Assembly (NCBI GenBank): GCA_903837605.1
Contig: CAILVF010000036.1
Location: 8,186 to 72,185 of the forward strand
Source of the DNA: an uncultured Bacteroidales bacterium
GTDB lineage: Bacteria > Bacteroidota > Bacteroidia > Bacteroidales > FEN-979
Direction: 5' to 3'
Length of the DNA stretch: 64,000 nucleotides
Position numbers and translations under genes: made by a program. The notes below the pieces were generated by a model. That model was given only the letters and a program-made list of their open reading frames with translations. It did not search any database and was not told the origin of the DNA. Shown here in pieces: positions 1 through 8,002 of this stretch; the first letter of the stretch is position 1, and each line of letters starts with the position of its first letter.

Positions 1-2
1 AC

Positions 3-3000
3 TTGCTGTCGGTCTGGGCTGGTTCAGTTGCAAAAGGCGATCTTTCGTACCATGAGATTAACACTTCGGATGACGAGATCGGCAAACTGAATTCGAGTTT
101 TCGTTCAGTGGTTGATTCTTTCCGCGAGATCTCCGCCGTTTCAGCTTCCATGGCGGTAGGTGATTTTGAAAAGAAGGTCGCGGTGAGAGGGCCCGATGAC
201 CTCCTGGGCAGGTCGGTAAACGAGATGCTTGATAGTTTCAAGGCAGTGATCGGGCAGGCTACAAAGATTTCGCAGGGGGATTATAACGGGGAGATCAGTC
301 CCAGGAGCGATAAAGACAGCCTGGGAAAGGCTCTTCAGGTCATGACCGGGACCTTGCGTGAGAATTCAATCACGATGGGACAGCAGGACTGGCTGAAATC
401 AGGTATGGCTGAACTCAGCATGAAACTCAGCGGCGACAAATCCATCCATGATGTAACCCATGAACTGATCAAGTTTCTTGTCGGTTACCTTGACGGACAG
501 CTTGGCTTGTTTTACCTGGCGGATGAGCAGGATGAACTGGTTCTTACAGCCACTTATGCATTCCACGATCGTAAAGGTAATTTCAGCAGGCTGAAGATGG
601 GTGAAGGGCTCGTTGGACAAGCAGCCCTGGAAAAAGAGATCATCCTGTTCAGGGATGTGCAGGAGAATGCTGCCAGTCTCAATTTTGGAGTGGATGAGAA
701 GATCCCTCCCCACTTTATTATTGCCCCCCTGGTGTTTGAAAATAAGATTATAGGCGTAGTGCAGGTAGGTAAACTTGAACCGTTCACTCCTCTGCAGAAA
801 AAATTTGTCGAACAACTTCTTGAGCCTGTAGCGATATCGCTCAATACATCTACAGCCAGGGTGAAGGTAAAGCAGCTCCTCGACCAGACCCAGCAGCAGG
901 CCGAGCGTTTGCAGGTGCAGCAGGAAGAACTTCGTCAGACAAATGAAGAACTTGAAGAACAGACCAAGGCACTCAGGAGTTCCGAAGAAGCCCTTCAGGC
1001 CCAGCAGGAGGAATTAAGGGTGATCAACGAAGAGCTCCAGGAACGAACCAAAACGCTGGAACAGCAAAGAGATGACATCCGCATTAAAAACACAGAACTC
1101 ACCAAAGCACGGAATGAGATAGAAGAAAAGGCCAAGGATCTTGAATTTGCGAGCAAATACAAATCGGAATTCCTGGCGAATATGTCACATGAGCTCCGCA
1201 CTCCGCTCAACAGCATCATTGTCCTTTCTCAGTTGTTATCTGAAAACAAGAGGCAAAACCTTACCGACAAACAGATCGAGTATGCCGATACCATCAACAG
1301 CTCGGGCAGCGATCTGCTGGACCTGATCAATGAGATCCTTGACCTCAGCAAGATAGAGGCCGGCCGTATTGAGCTCCATCCCGAGACTATCGACCTGAAA
1401 GAGATATTGAACCAGATGGATATGTTTTTTAAACCCATGGTCGAAAAGAAAGGCCTCGGCTTCAACCTGCATATCGATGGGAAGGTGCCTTCAAATATCT
1501 TCGTGGATAACCAGAGGCTTCAGCAGATATTAAAGAACCTTCTTTCCAATGCGCTGAAGTTTACCGAGAAGGGATCCATTGCGCTGGAAGTAAGGAGACC
1601 GGCCGATGCGCTTGAACTAAGCGGTACGTCGCTGAAAATGGAATCCTCCCTGCTGTTCACTGTAACGGATACAGGGATAGGGATACCGAGGGATAAACTG
1701 AATATTATTTTCGAAGCCTTCCAGCAGGCCGACGGTACCACCAGCAGGCGTTTCGGTGGCACAGGACTGGGGCTCACAATTTCACGTTCTTTCGCACAGG
1801 TTATGGGAGGAGACATCCGCCTTATAAGCGAAGAAGGAAAAGGCTCTGTTTTCAGCCTTCTGCTCCCTGAGAAATATGAAGAAATCATTTCAAAGCAGGC
1901 ACACCAGAAACAAATCCAAACGCCTCCTGTTTCAATTCCTGCAGAACCAAAACACCGTCAGCCGAGGGCTTTAGCCAATGAGAACCCCCAGCATGACCAC
2001 AGGGATAACCTGCAAAAAGGGGATAAGATTTTACTGATCATCGAAGACGACCCGGCTTTTTCGAAAATCCTTTTCGACCTGGCTGAAGAGAAAGGCTATA
2101 AATGCCTGGTAGCGCAGGACGGGGAGAGTGGACTATATCTGGCCGACCTGCATGTGCCCAGCGCTATTGTGCTGGATATAGGTCTTCCGGGAATAGACGG
2201 ATGGGAGGTAATGGACAGGCTCCACAAGGATGCAAAAACAAGGCATATCCCAGTACACTTTATTTCGGCTATGGATAAGTCGAAGGAAGCCTTGCAGATG
2301 GGCGCTGTGGGATACCTGACTAAACCGGTCAGCATTGATAAACTCAGGGATGCCTTCGTGAGGATCGAAGATGTCATCTCCAAACCCATGAAAAAATTGC
2401 TGGTAGTCGATGACGATCCCGCAACTCAAATGAGCATTGTGGAACTTATAGGTAACGGAGATGTAACCACAACATCGGTTGGAGGAGGCGCCGAAGCTTA
2501 TCAGCTGCTCGAGAGAGAGAATTTCGATTGCCTGATCCTTGACCTGGGACTGAAGGATATGAGCGGATTTGAGCTGATTGAAAAAATCAGGGCAAACAAC
2601 AGGCTCGTAAACCTTCCTATCATTATTTATACCGGCAAGGACCTTTCGAGGGAGGAAGAAGACAAACTTCAAAAGTATGCCGACAGTATCATCATCAAAG
2701 GTATACGCTCGCCCGAACGCCTGCTTGCCGAGACATCGCTCTTCCTTCACAGGATAGAAGCCAATCTGCCCCAGGAAAAGCAGGATATGATCAGGATGCT
2801 ATACAGCCAGGAGGATGTTTTTCATGACCGTACAATACTGCTTGTTGATGACGATTCCCGGAATGTGTTTGCAATAACCGCAGTGCTTGAGGAGAGAGGG
2901 CTGAATGTCATCCCTGCAGGGAATGGCCGTGAAGGGATCGAAAAGCTCAGGGCCAATCCGGGGATAAACCTGGTGCTTATGGATATCATGATGCCTGAGA

Positions 3001-3194
3001 TGGACGGCTATGAAGCAATCGGGCTGATACGGAAGATGCAGAAATATGAGGACCTCCCGATCATAGCGCTTACGGCTAAGGCAATGAAGGAGGACAGGGA
3101 CCATTGTATTGAAGCAGGGGCGAATGATTACCTCGCAAAACCGGTCGACAGCCAAAAGCTGCTATCTTTGTTAAGAGTTTGGCTGTATAAGTAA
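3..3194 (+). CDS. Hybrid sensor histidine kinase (5' end outside window): three HAMP-like units - GAF - long Glx-rich coiled coil - HisKA - HATPase_c - three receiver domains
   Basis: ORF open at window edge. HAMP-like 'GDLSYHEINTSDDEIGKL','GDFEKKVAVRGPDDLLGRS','GDYNGEISPRSDKDSLGKA'. H-box 'FLANMSHELRTPLNS'. G boxes 'DTGIGIP','GGTGLGLTISR'. Receivers 'ILLIIEDD..VLDIGLPGIDG','LLVVDDD..ILDLGLKDMSG','ILLVDDD..LMDIMMPEMDG..LAKP'. Confidence 0.92.
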   Translation: MLSVWAGSVAKGDLSYHEINTSDDEIGKLNSSFRSVVDSFREISAVSASMAVGDFEKKVAVRGPDDLLGRSVNEMLDSFKAVIGQATKISQGDYNGEISPRSDKDSLGKALQVMTGTLRENSITMGQQDWLKSGMAELSMKLSGDKSIHDVTHELIKFLVGYLDGQLGLFYLADEQDELVLTATYAFHDRKGNFSRLKMGEGLVGQAALEKEIILFRDVQENAASLNFGVDEKIPPHFIIAPLVFENKIIGVVQVGKLEPFTPLQKKFVEQLLEPVAISLNTSTARVKVKQLLDQTQQQAERLQVQQEELRQTNEELEEQTKALRSSEEALQAQQEELRVINEELQERTKTLEQQRDDIRIKNTELTKARNEIEEKAKDLEFASKYKSEFLANMSHELRTPLNSIIVLSQLLSENKRQNLTDKQIEYADTINSSGSDLLDLINEILDLSKIEAGRIELHPETIDLKEILNQMDMFFKPMVEKKGLGFNLHIDGKVPSNIFVDNQRLQQILKNLLSNALKFTEKGSIALEVRRPADALELSGTSLKMESSLLFTVTDTGIGIPRDKLNIIFEAFQQADGTTSRRFGGTGLGLTISRSFAQVMGGDIRLISEEGKGSVFSLLLPEKYEEIISKQAHQKQIQTPPVSIPAEPKHRQPRALANENPQHDHRDNLQKGDKILLIIEDDPAFSKILFDLAEEKGYKCLVAQDGESGLYLADLHVPSAIVLDIGLPGIDGWEVMDRLHKDAKTRHIPVHFISAMDKSKEALQMGAVGYLTKPVSIDKLRDAFVRIEDVISKPMKKLLVVDDDPATQMSIVELIGNGDVTTTSVGGGAEAYQLLERENFDCLILDLGLKDMSGFELIEKIRANNRLVNLPIIIYTGKDLSREEEDKLQKYADSIIIKGIRSPERLLAETSLFLHRIEANLPQEKQDMIRMLYSQEDVFHDRTILLVDDDSRNVFAITAVLEERGLNVIPAGNGREGIEKLRANPGINLVLMDIMMPEMDGYEAIGLIRKMQKYEDLPIIALTAKAMKEDRDHCIEAGANDYLAKPVDSQKLLSLLRVWLYK

Positions 3195-3197
3195 GCT

Positions 3198-4043
3198 ATG
3201 AAGAAGTCGCAGGAAGAACAGCTGGAAAACCAGGATATCGAGATCAGGCTACTGATCCAGGCGATCTATGACAAGTACGGCTATGACTTCCGCAACTATT
3301 CCCAGGCTCATATCAAACGCAGGATGCTCAACCGTTTCCATCTTTCAGGCATGAGCTCCATTTCCCAGATGATCCATGAATCCCTGGTCAATCATAAATT
3401 CGTGGACCAGCTGCTGATGGACCTTTCCATCAACGTGACGGAGATGTTCAGGGATCCCTCGTTTTACAAGGCGGTGCGTGAACATGTCGTCCCTGTGCTG
3501 AAGACCTATCCTTTTATCAAGATCTGGCATGCCGGCTGTTCCAGCGGCGAGGAAGTGTATTCCATGGCCATTCTGCTGAAGGAAGAAGGTTTATACAACA
3601 GGACCCAGATCTATGCAACCGATTTCAACCCTGTCATCATCAAACAGGCGAAAGAAGGGATCTATCCTATAAACAGGATGAAGGACTTCACCCTGAACTA
3701 CCAGAGGGCGGGAGGAAAGGCTTCCTTTTCTGATTACTATACTGCGAATTACGAATCGGCCAAACTGCTGGATTCTTTCAAGAAAAACATTGTGTTTGCA
3801 ACACATAACCTGGTCACCGATTCGGTATTTGCCGAGGTCCATATGGTGGTTTGCCGCAACGTGCTCATTTATTTCGACCGCCAGCTGCAGGATAAGGTGA
3901 TCGGACTGTTCGCCGATTCCCTTACAGGAGGAGGGGTGTTATGCCTTGGATCGAAAGAAAACCTGCAGTTTTCTGGATATTACGATAACTTTGAGGGACT
4001 TGTGACCGGTGAGAGGATTTATATTAAAAAGTATAAGGTATGA
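3198..4043 (+). CDS. cheR: CheR-type protein-glutamate O-methyltransferase
   Basis: 281 aa. Has an N-terminal helical CheR_N-like region and the SAM-binding segment 'IKIWHAGCSSGEEVYSMAILL'. Also 'EMFRDPSFY' and 'CRNVLIYFD', typical of CheR. Starts 3 nt after the upstream kinase stop. Confidence 0.9.
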   Translation: MKKSQEEQLENQDIEIRLLIQAIYDKYGYDFRNYSQAHIKRRMLNRFHLSGMSSISQMIHESLVNHKFVDQLLMDLSINVTEMFRDPSFYKAVREHVVPVLKTYPFIKIWHAGCSSGEEVYSMAILLKEEGLYNRTQIYATDFNPVIIKQAKEGIYPINRMKDFTLNYQRAGGKASFSDYYTANYESAKLLDSFKKNIVFATHNLVTDSVFAEVHMVVCRNVLIYFDRQLQDKVIGLFADSLTGGGVLCLGSKENLQFSGYYDNFEGLVTGERIYIKKYKV

Positions 4044-4609
4044 CACCTGCCAGGAAATATAATGCGGTTGTTGTGGGGTCTTCGGCAGGAGGTTTGAATG
4101 CCCTGAAAACCTTGTTGCGGAACCTGAACAGGGATTTTAAATTTCCTGTGATCATTGTGCAGCATATAAGCCCTGATTCGGAAAATTACCTCATCCATAT
4201 TCTCAACGACCTGAAACGCCTTAAGGTTAAGGAAGCTGACGAAAAGGAACAGCCCCAGCCGGGCTATGCCTATGTGGCCCCGCCGAATTACCATCTCCTG
4301 GTTGAGCCCGACCAGACTTTCACCCTTACAATCGACGAAAGGGTGAATTATGCCAGGCCATCGATAGATGTGTTATTCGAAACGGCAGCTGAAGCCTACA
4401 GGGAACACCTCATCGGGATTATCCTGACCGGGGCGAATAATGACGGCAGCCTCGGGCTTAAACGGATCAAGGAGATGGGCGGACTGGCTATCGTTCAGGA
4501 CCCCGATACGGCCGAAGTGGACTCCATGCCCAAAGCAGCCATCCAGGCCTGCGCCGTGGATTACATTCTGCCGCTTGAGGAAATTTCAGCACTTTTGAAT
4601 AGTTTGTAA
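4040..4609 (+). CDS. cheB: CheB-type protein-glutamate methylesterase/glutamine deamidase, catalytic domain only (no receiver domain)
   Basis: 189 aa. Ser/His/Asp contexts 'VVVGSSAGGLNAL','IIVQHISP','LTGANNDGSLG'. ATGA start/stop overlap with cheR at 4040-4043. Confidence 0.87.
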   Translation: MTPARKYNAVVVGSSAGGLNALKTLLRNLNRDFKFPVIIVQHISPDSENYLIHILNDLKRLKVKEADEKEQPQPGYAYVAPPNYHLLVEPDQTFTLTIDERVNYARPSIDVLFETAAEAYREHLIGIILTGANNDGSLGLKRIKEMGGLAIVQDPDTAEVDSMPKAAIQACAVDYILPLEEISALLNSL

Positions 4610-4634
4610 CCGGATTGCCTTAATTATTGTGTTT

Positions 4635-6227
4635 ATGAGCCCCAAACCTAGGATACTGATAGTGGATGACAATGTAAGCAACATCATTGTCATTGAAGAA
4701 TTGCTTTCCGATCTGGATGTTGAACTTGTAAGAGCTAAATCGGGCCTGGAGGCTATCGAAAAAACAAAGCAGCTGGAATTCGCCCTCATCCTTATGGATG
4801 TGCAGATGCCGGGAATGGACGGTTTTGAAACCGTAGAGATCATCCGCCAGGATAAAAAAAATATCCTGCTCCCGATAATTTATATCACGGCAATCTATAA
4901 CGAAAATTATTACAGGACCAAGGGCATTAAGACAGGCGCTGTGGATTTTATTGCCAAACCCATTATCCCCGACCTGTTTATAGGGAAGGTCACTTTGTTT
5001 GTCAATCTGTACAAGCAACGTATTGTCCTTGAACAGGAAGTGATTAAGCGGAAAGAAGCTGAAGAGGAAATGAAAGTTGCCCGCGACCAGGCAAGGGAAG
5101 CGGCACATGCAAAGCAGCTGTTCCTTTCGACGATGAGCCACGAAATACGAACCCCTTTGAATGCCATTGTCAATACGGCTAAACTGTTGAAAGAGGAAAA
5201 CCCAAGGGAGGACCAGATAGAAGATCTCGAGATCCTTGAGTTCTCGGCCGAAAACCTCCTGCACCTGATCAACGATATACTCGACTTCTCGAAAATCGAT
5301 GCAGGCAAGATAGAGTTCGAGGCGATTGAATTCGAGATGAGAAAACTCATGAACGGGATCCACCAGAGTTTTGACTACCAGGCCACCCAGAAAGAAATTT
5401 CACTTGAGTTTATCCTTTCGCCGGATGTCCCGGATGTGATCATTGGCGATTCAGCACGCTTATCACAGATACTGATCAACCTGGTTGGCAATGCCATAAA
5501 ATTTACAGATAAGGGAAAAGTCATCGTGGAAGCCTCTTTGCTTGGAATCAGGGATAATACCGTTGATATTGTGATAAGGGTATCCGATACAGGGATAGGT
5601 ATTCCCGCTGATAAGCTGCAATTCGTGTTCGAAAGCTTTACCCAGGCCTCTTCGTCCACTACCCGCAAATACGGCGGCACCGGGCTCGGGCTGGCAATAA
5701 CCAAGAAGCTGGTTGAAATGCAGGGAGGAAAAATCGAAGTGAAAAGCAATTTAGGCCAGGGGAGCATCTTCTCGGTGACTATGCCTTTCATGCGCAGCGA
5801 GAAGACCCATCTCGACGAGGATATGCTGATGAAGGCAAGTTTCCAGAGCCTGGCAGGGTTAAGGGTTATGGTTGTTGAAGACAACCTCGTGAACCAGAAG
5901 ATCGTCTCTAAGTTTTTAATGAAGTGGGATGTGAATGTGGATGTGGCAGAGAACGGGAAAATAGCGGTTGAAAAGGCAAGGCGTAACACGTATGACCTGA
6001 TTTTAATGGACCTTCATATGCCCGAGATGAACGGGTATGATGCCACTTTCGAGATCCGGAAAATGGAAAATAATCCGAACAAAGACCTGCCGATTATCGC
6101 GCTGACAGCTTCAGCGTTTATTGAAGACCGCGAAAAGATCTATACTTACGGGATGAGCGGGTATATCATCAAGCCGTTCAATCCTTCGGAGCTGTACTGG
6201 AAGATAGCGCCTTTCATAAGGAAGTGA
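4635..6227 (+). CDS. Hybrid histidine kinase, REC - coiled coil - HisKA - HATPase_c - REC
   Basis: N-terminal receiver 'ILIVDDN..LILMDVQMPGMDG..AKP'. H-box 'FLSTMSHEIRTPLNAI'. 'DTGIGIP','GGTGLGLAITK'. C-terminal receiver 'VMVVEDN..LILMDLHMPEMNG..IKP'. ATG at 4635 preferred over GTG at 4629. Confidence 0.9.
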   Translation: MSPKPRILIVDDNVSNIIVIEELLSDLDVELVRAKSGLEAIEKTKQLEFALILMDVQMPGMDGFETVEIIRQDKKNILLPIIYITAIYNENYYRTKGIKTGAVDFIAKPIIPDLFIGKVTLFVNLYKQRIVLEQEVIKRKEAEEEMKVARDQAREAAHAKQLFLSTMSHEIRTPLNAIVNTAKLLKEENPREDQIEDLEILEFSAENLLHLINDILDFSKIDAGKIEFEAIEFEMRKLMNGIHQSFDYQATQKEISLEFILSPDVPDVIIGDSARLSQILINLVGNAIKFTDKGKVIVEASLLGIRDNTVDIVIRVSDTGIGIPADKLQFVFESFTQASSSTTRKYGGTGLGLAITKKLVEMQGGKIEVKSNLGQGSIFSVTMPFMRSEKTHLDEDMLMKASFQSLAGLRVMVVEDNLVNQKIVSKFLMKWDVNVDVAENGKIAVEKARRNTYDLILMDLHMPEMNGYDATFEIRKMENNPNKDLPIIALTASAFIEDREKIYTYGMSGYIIKPFNPSELYWKIAPFIRK

Positions 6228-6234
6228 AAGGTTG

Positions 6235-7320
6235 TCACATCCTGTTTTTTTCAAGCAGTGCCGCCGCTGCAGTATACGGACTGATATTCCCCGCGATGAC
6301 TTCTTTTTCGTAATACGCAAGGGACTGGGCGATGTCTTTTCGGCCGTAGAAATCACGTTTTATAGCCTGGTCAATGGTTTCGGTAAGCACCTGCCTGAAT
6401 TGTTCTTTACGCTGAAATTCGAAAAATCCGTTTGCTTTCGTGGTTTCCCTGTAGTTTTCTATGTAAGTCCACACCGTTTCAATACCCATCCTGGCCCGGG
6501 CCGAGCAAAGGTCAACCACCGGGTTCCAGCCGCTTTCGGCAGGCGGATATAAGTGAAGTGCGTTCTTGTATTCAACCCTTGCGGCTTTTGCTTTATTGAC
6601 ATTATCTCCGTCGGCTTTGTTGATGAAGATCGCATCGGCCATTTCCATGATCCCGCGCTTGATACCCTGGAGTTCATCACCTGCGCCCGCAAGCATGAGT
6701 AAAAGGAAAAAATCAACCATAGACCTGACCGTCGTTTCAGACTGGCCCACACCAACGGTTTCAACCAGGATCACGTCAAACCCAGCCGCTTCGCAGAGGA
6801 TGATGGTTTCCCTTGTTTTACGGGCAACACCGCCCAGGGAACCGGCCGAAGGGGATGGCCTGATATATGCTTTCGGGTTGACAGCCAGCTCTTCCATCCT
6901 TGTTTTATCGCCGAGGATACTGCCTTTGGAGCGTGTGCTGCTGGGGTCGATGGCAAGAACCGCGATCTGGTGATCCTGAGAAGTGAGAAACATCCCAAGC
7001 GCTTCGATAAAGGTGCTTTTACCTACTCCAGGAACCCCCGTGATGCCGATGCGAATTGATTTCCCTGAAAAGGGGAGGCAGGCATTGATGATTTCCTGGG
7101 CTTTTTGCTGATGGGAATGAAGCGAGCTCTCGACCATGGTGATCGCTTTGCTGAGGACAGTGCGGTTGCCAGACCTGATGCCATGAACAAATTCTTCGGT
7201 GCTCAGCGACTGGGGACGTTTTGCTTTAAGTTTCCTCAGTGCATCAGCATTTACAGGGCCGGGTTGTTCAATCCCATCCATCACATTCAGGGCCGATTTA
7301 AATTCCTTTTTTGGGTTCAT
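6235..7320 (-). CDS. meaB: Methylmalonyl-CoA mutase-associated G-protein chaperone (MeaB/ArgK family GTPase)
   Basis: 361 aa. P-loop 'GITGVPGVGKSTFIEALG'. 'VLAIDPSS..GSILGDKTRM','ILVETVGVGQSE' and 'FINKADG' (NKxD) match the MeaB/ArgK G-motifs. Confidence 0.88.
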   Translation of the reverse strand: MNPKKEFKSALNVMDGIEQPGPVNADALRKLKAKRPQSLSTEEFVHGIRSGNRTVLSKAITMVESSLHSHQQKAQEIINACLPFSGKSIRIGITGVPGVGKSTFIEALGMFLTSQDHQIAVLAIDPSSTRSKGSILGDKTRMEELAVNPKAYIRPSPSAGSLGGVARKTRETIILCEAAGFDVILVETVGVGQSETTVRSMVDFFLLLMLAGAGDELQGIKRGIMEMADAIFINKADGDNVNKAKAARVEYKNALHLYPPAESGWNPVVDLCSARARMGIETVWTYIENYRETTKANGFFEFQRKEQFRQVLTETIDQAIKRDFYGRKDIAQSLAYYEKEVIAGNISPYTAAAALLEKNRM

Positions 7321-7345
7321 CTTCCTGCCGTCATTATGCCGTCGG

Positions 7346-7380
7346 TTATCCGTTATCCATTATCCGGCACCCGGTATCTT
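7346..7380. repeat. Period-7 tandem repeat, 3 good + 2 degenerate units (TTATCCG TTATCCA TTATCCG GCACCCG GTATCTT)
   Basis: Read directly from the sequence. Lies 26-60 nt upstream of the meaB start, on the opposite strand. Confidence 0.8.
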
Positions 7381-7485
7381 GTCTTGTCCTAAAGTAGCCA
7401 TCCGGATGACCGATGCCCAAAAGTACAGAAAACCCGTGAATTGAAATATTTCGCCCAATCCTTTTAACATTCCGGGGAAAATTTC

Positions 7486-7493
7486 TATCTTTG
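7486..7493 (+). promoter_or_regulatory. Bacteroidota-type -7 promoter box TATCTTTG (TAnnTTTG)
   Basis: Matches the TAnnTTTG consensus. Ends 12 nt upstream of the tRNA-Lys 5' end. Confidence 0.55.
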
Positions 7494-7504
7494 CACCCCC
7501 AAAC

Positions 7505-7577
7505 CTCTCCGTAGCTCAGTTGGTAGAGCAATTGACTCTTAATCAATGGGTCCCAGGTTCGAATCCTGGCGGGGAGA
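7505..7577 (+). tRNA. tRNA-Lys(CTT): tRNA-Lys (anticodon CTT)
   Basis: Cloverleaf folded by hand. Acceptor ctctccg/cggggag (one G-U). D arm gctc-agttggta-gagc. Anticodon loop ct-CTT-aa. T arm ccagg-ttcgaat-cctgg. Discriminator A. CCA not encoded. Confidence 0.93.
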
Positions 7578-7583
7578 CAAAGA

Positions 7584-7616
7584 AAAGCCCATTCACGCAG
7601 TGTTTGGGCTTTTTTC
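7584..7616 (+). terminator. Rho-independent terminator after tRNA-Lys
   Basis: Stem aaagccca/tgggcttt around a 12-nt loop (7592-7603), followed by a T-run (tttttt). Confidence 0.75.
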
Positions 7617-7651
7617 GTGTTCGGGCCGGAACCAGTTCCGGCCCGAACACG
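7616..7651. repeat. Perfect 17-bp-stem palindrome/hairpin (cgtgttcgggccggaac-ca-gttccggcccgaacacg)
   Basis: Arms verified base by base as exact reverse complements with a 2-nt loop. A further hairpin, gcccgc-gaa-gcgggc, lies at 7665-7679. Confidence 0.85.
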
Positions 7652-7731
7652 GGAGAAGACCAAAGCCCGCGAAGCGGGCAGGGCTTTCCTTTAGCAACGA
7701 CCTTTTTTATGGATCATGAGCTCTGCGAACT

Positions 7732-7748
7732 AATCCTGGCGGGGAGAC
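7732..7748 (+). repeat. 17-nt exact direct copy of the tRNA-Lys 3' end (aatcctggcggggagac = 7562-7578)
   Basis: Exact match to the T-arm/acceptor 3' half plus discriminator region of the tRNA, 170 nt downstream. Followed by its own hairpin acttac..gtaagt plus a T-run. Confidence 0.85.
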
Positions 7749-8002
7749 CAGCATAATCAACGACTTACGAGTAAAATTGTAAGTGGTTTTTTATTGATAC
7801 AAACAAAAGGACAAACAAATAGTCGGATATTGACCATCTTCTACTATTGTTTGAGAGGATGTAAACTGCATATAATCTGATTTAGTCGTGTGGCCCGGCT
7901 CATGAATGAGAATTGGGCGAAAACACTCAGCATTACCATTTAAACTGTTACAAAAAGTACAATCTTTTTTTCATGGTTCGTTAATGTTACATACCATGGT
8001 TA

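Noticed and set aside
4620-5363. Long antisense ORFs inside real genes. Examples: 4620..5363(-), 2133..2750(-), 14421..15152(-), 32034..32612(-), 33751..34359(-), 41538..42176(-), 43914..44624(+), 44634..45326(+), 49371..49982(+), 50316..50963(+), 60677..61423(-).
   Set aside because: Each lies wholly opposite a gene with unambiguous family motifs. Their translations are low-complexity (Ser/Arg/Pro/His-rich) with no recognisable motif. Such shadow ORFs are expected at roughly 50% GC.
6235-7320. meaB as evidence for an adjacent methylmalonyl-CoA mutase operon.
   Set aside because: No mutase subunit gene is adjacent. The neighbours are a kinase (convergent) and the tRNA. meaB is simply orphaned here, and the mutase must be elsewhere in the genome.
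7321-7504. Possible cobalamin riboswitch upstream of meaB, given the B12-related function.
   Set aside because: Reading the minus strand, I could not find a B12-box-like element or the conserved riboswitch core. The spacer contains only the heptamer array and a short palindrome (catccggatg). A covariance-model scan (Rfam RF00174) would settle this.
7346-7756. ORFs 7346..7663(-) and 7520..7756(+), covering the tRNA and the hairpin cassette.
   Set aside because: They run through a tRNA gene, a terminator and perfect palindromes. They have no start context and show no protein-like composition.
7578-8002. An intact integrative element or prophage at tRNA-Lys.
   Set aside because: No integrase, excisionase, transposase or any ORF lies between or next to the repeats. 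Only the 17-nt duplication and the compositional break remain, so I report an att-like scar rather than a mobile element.
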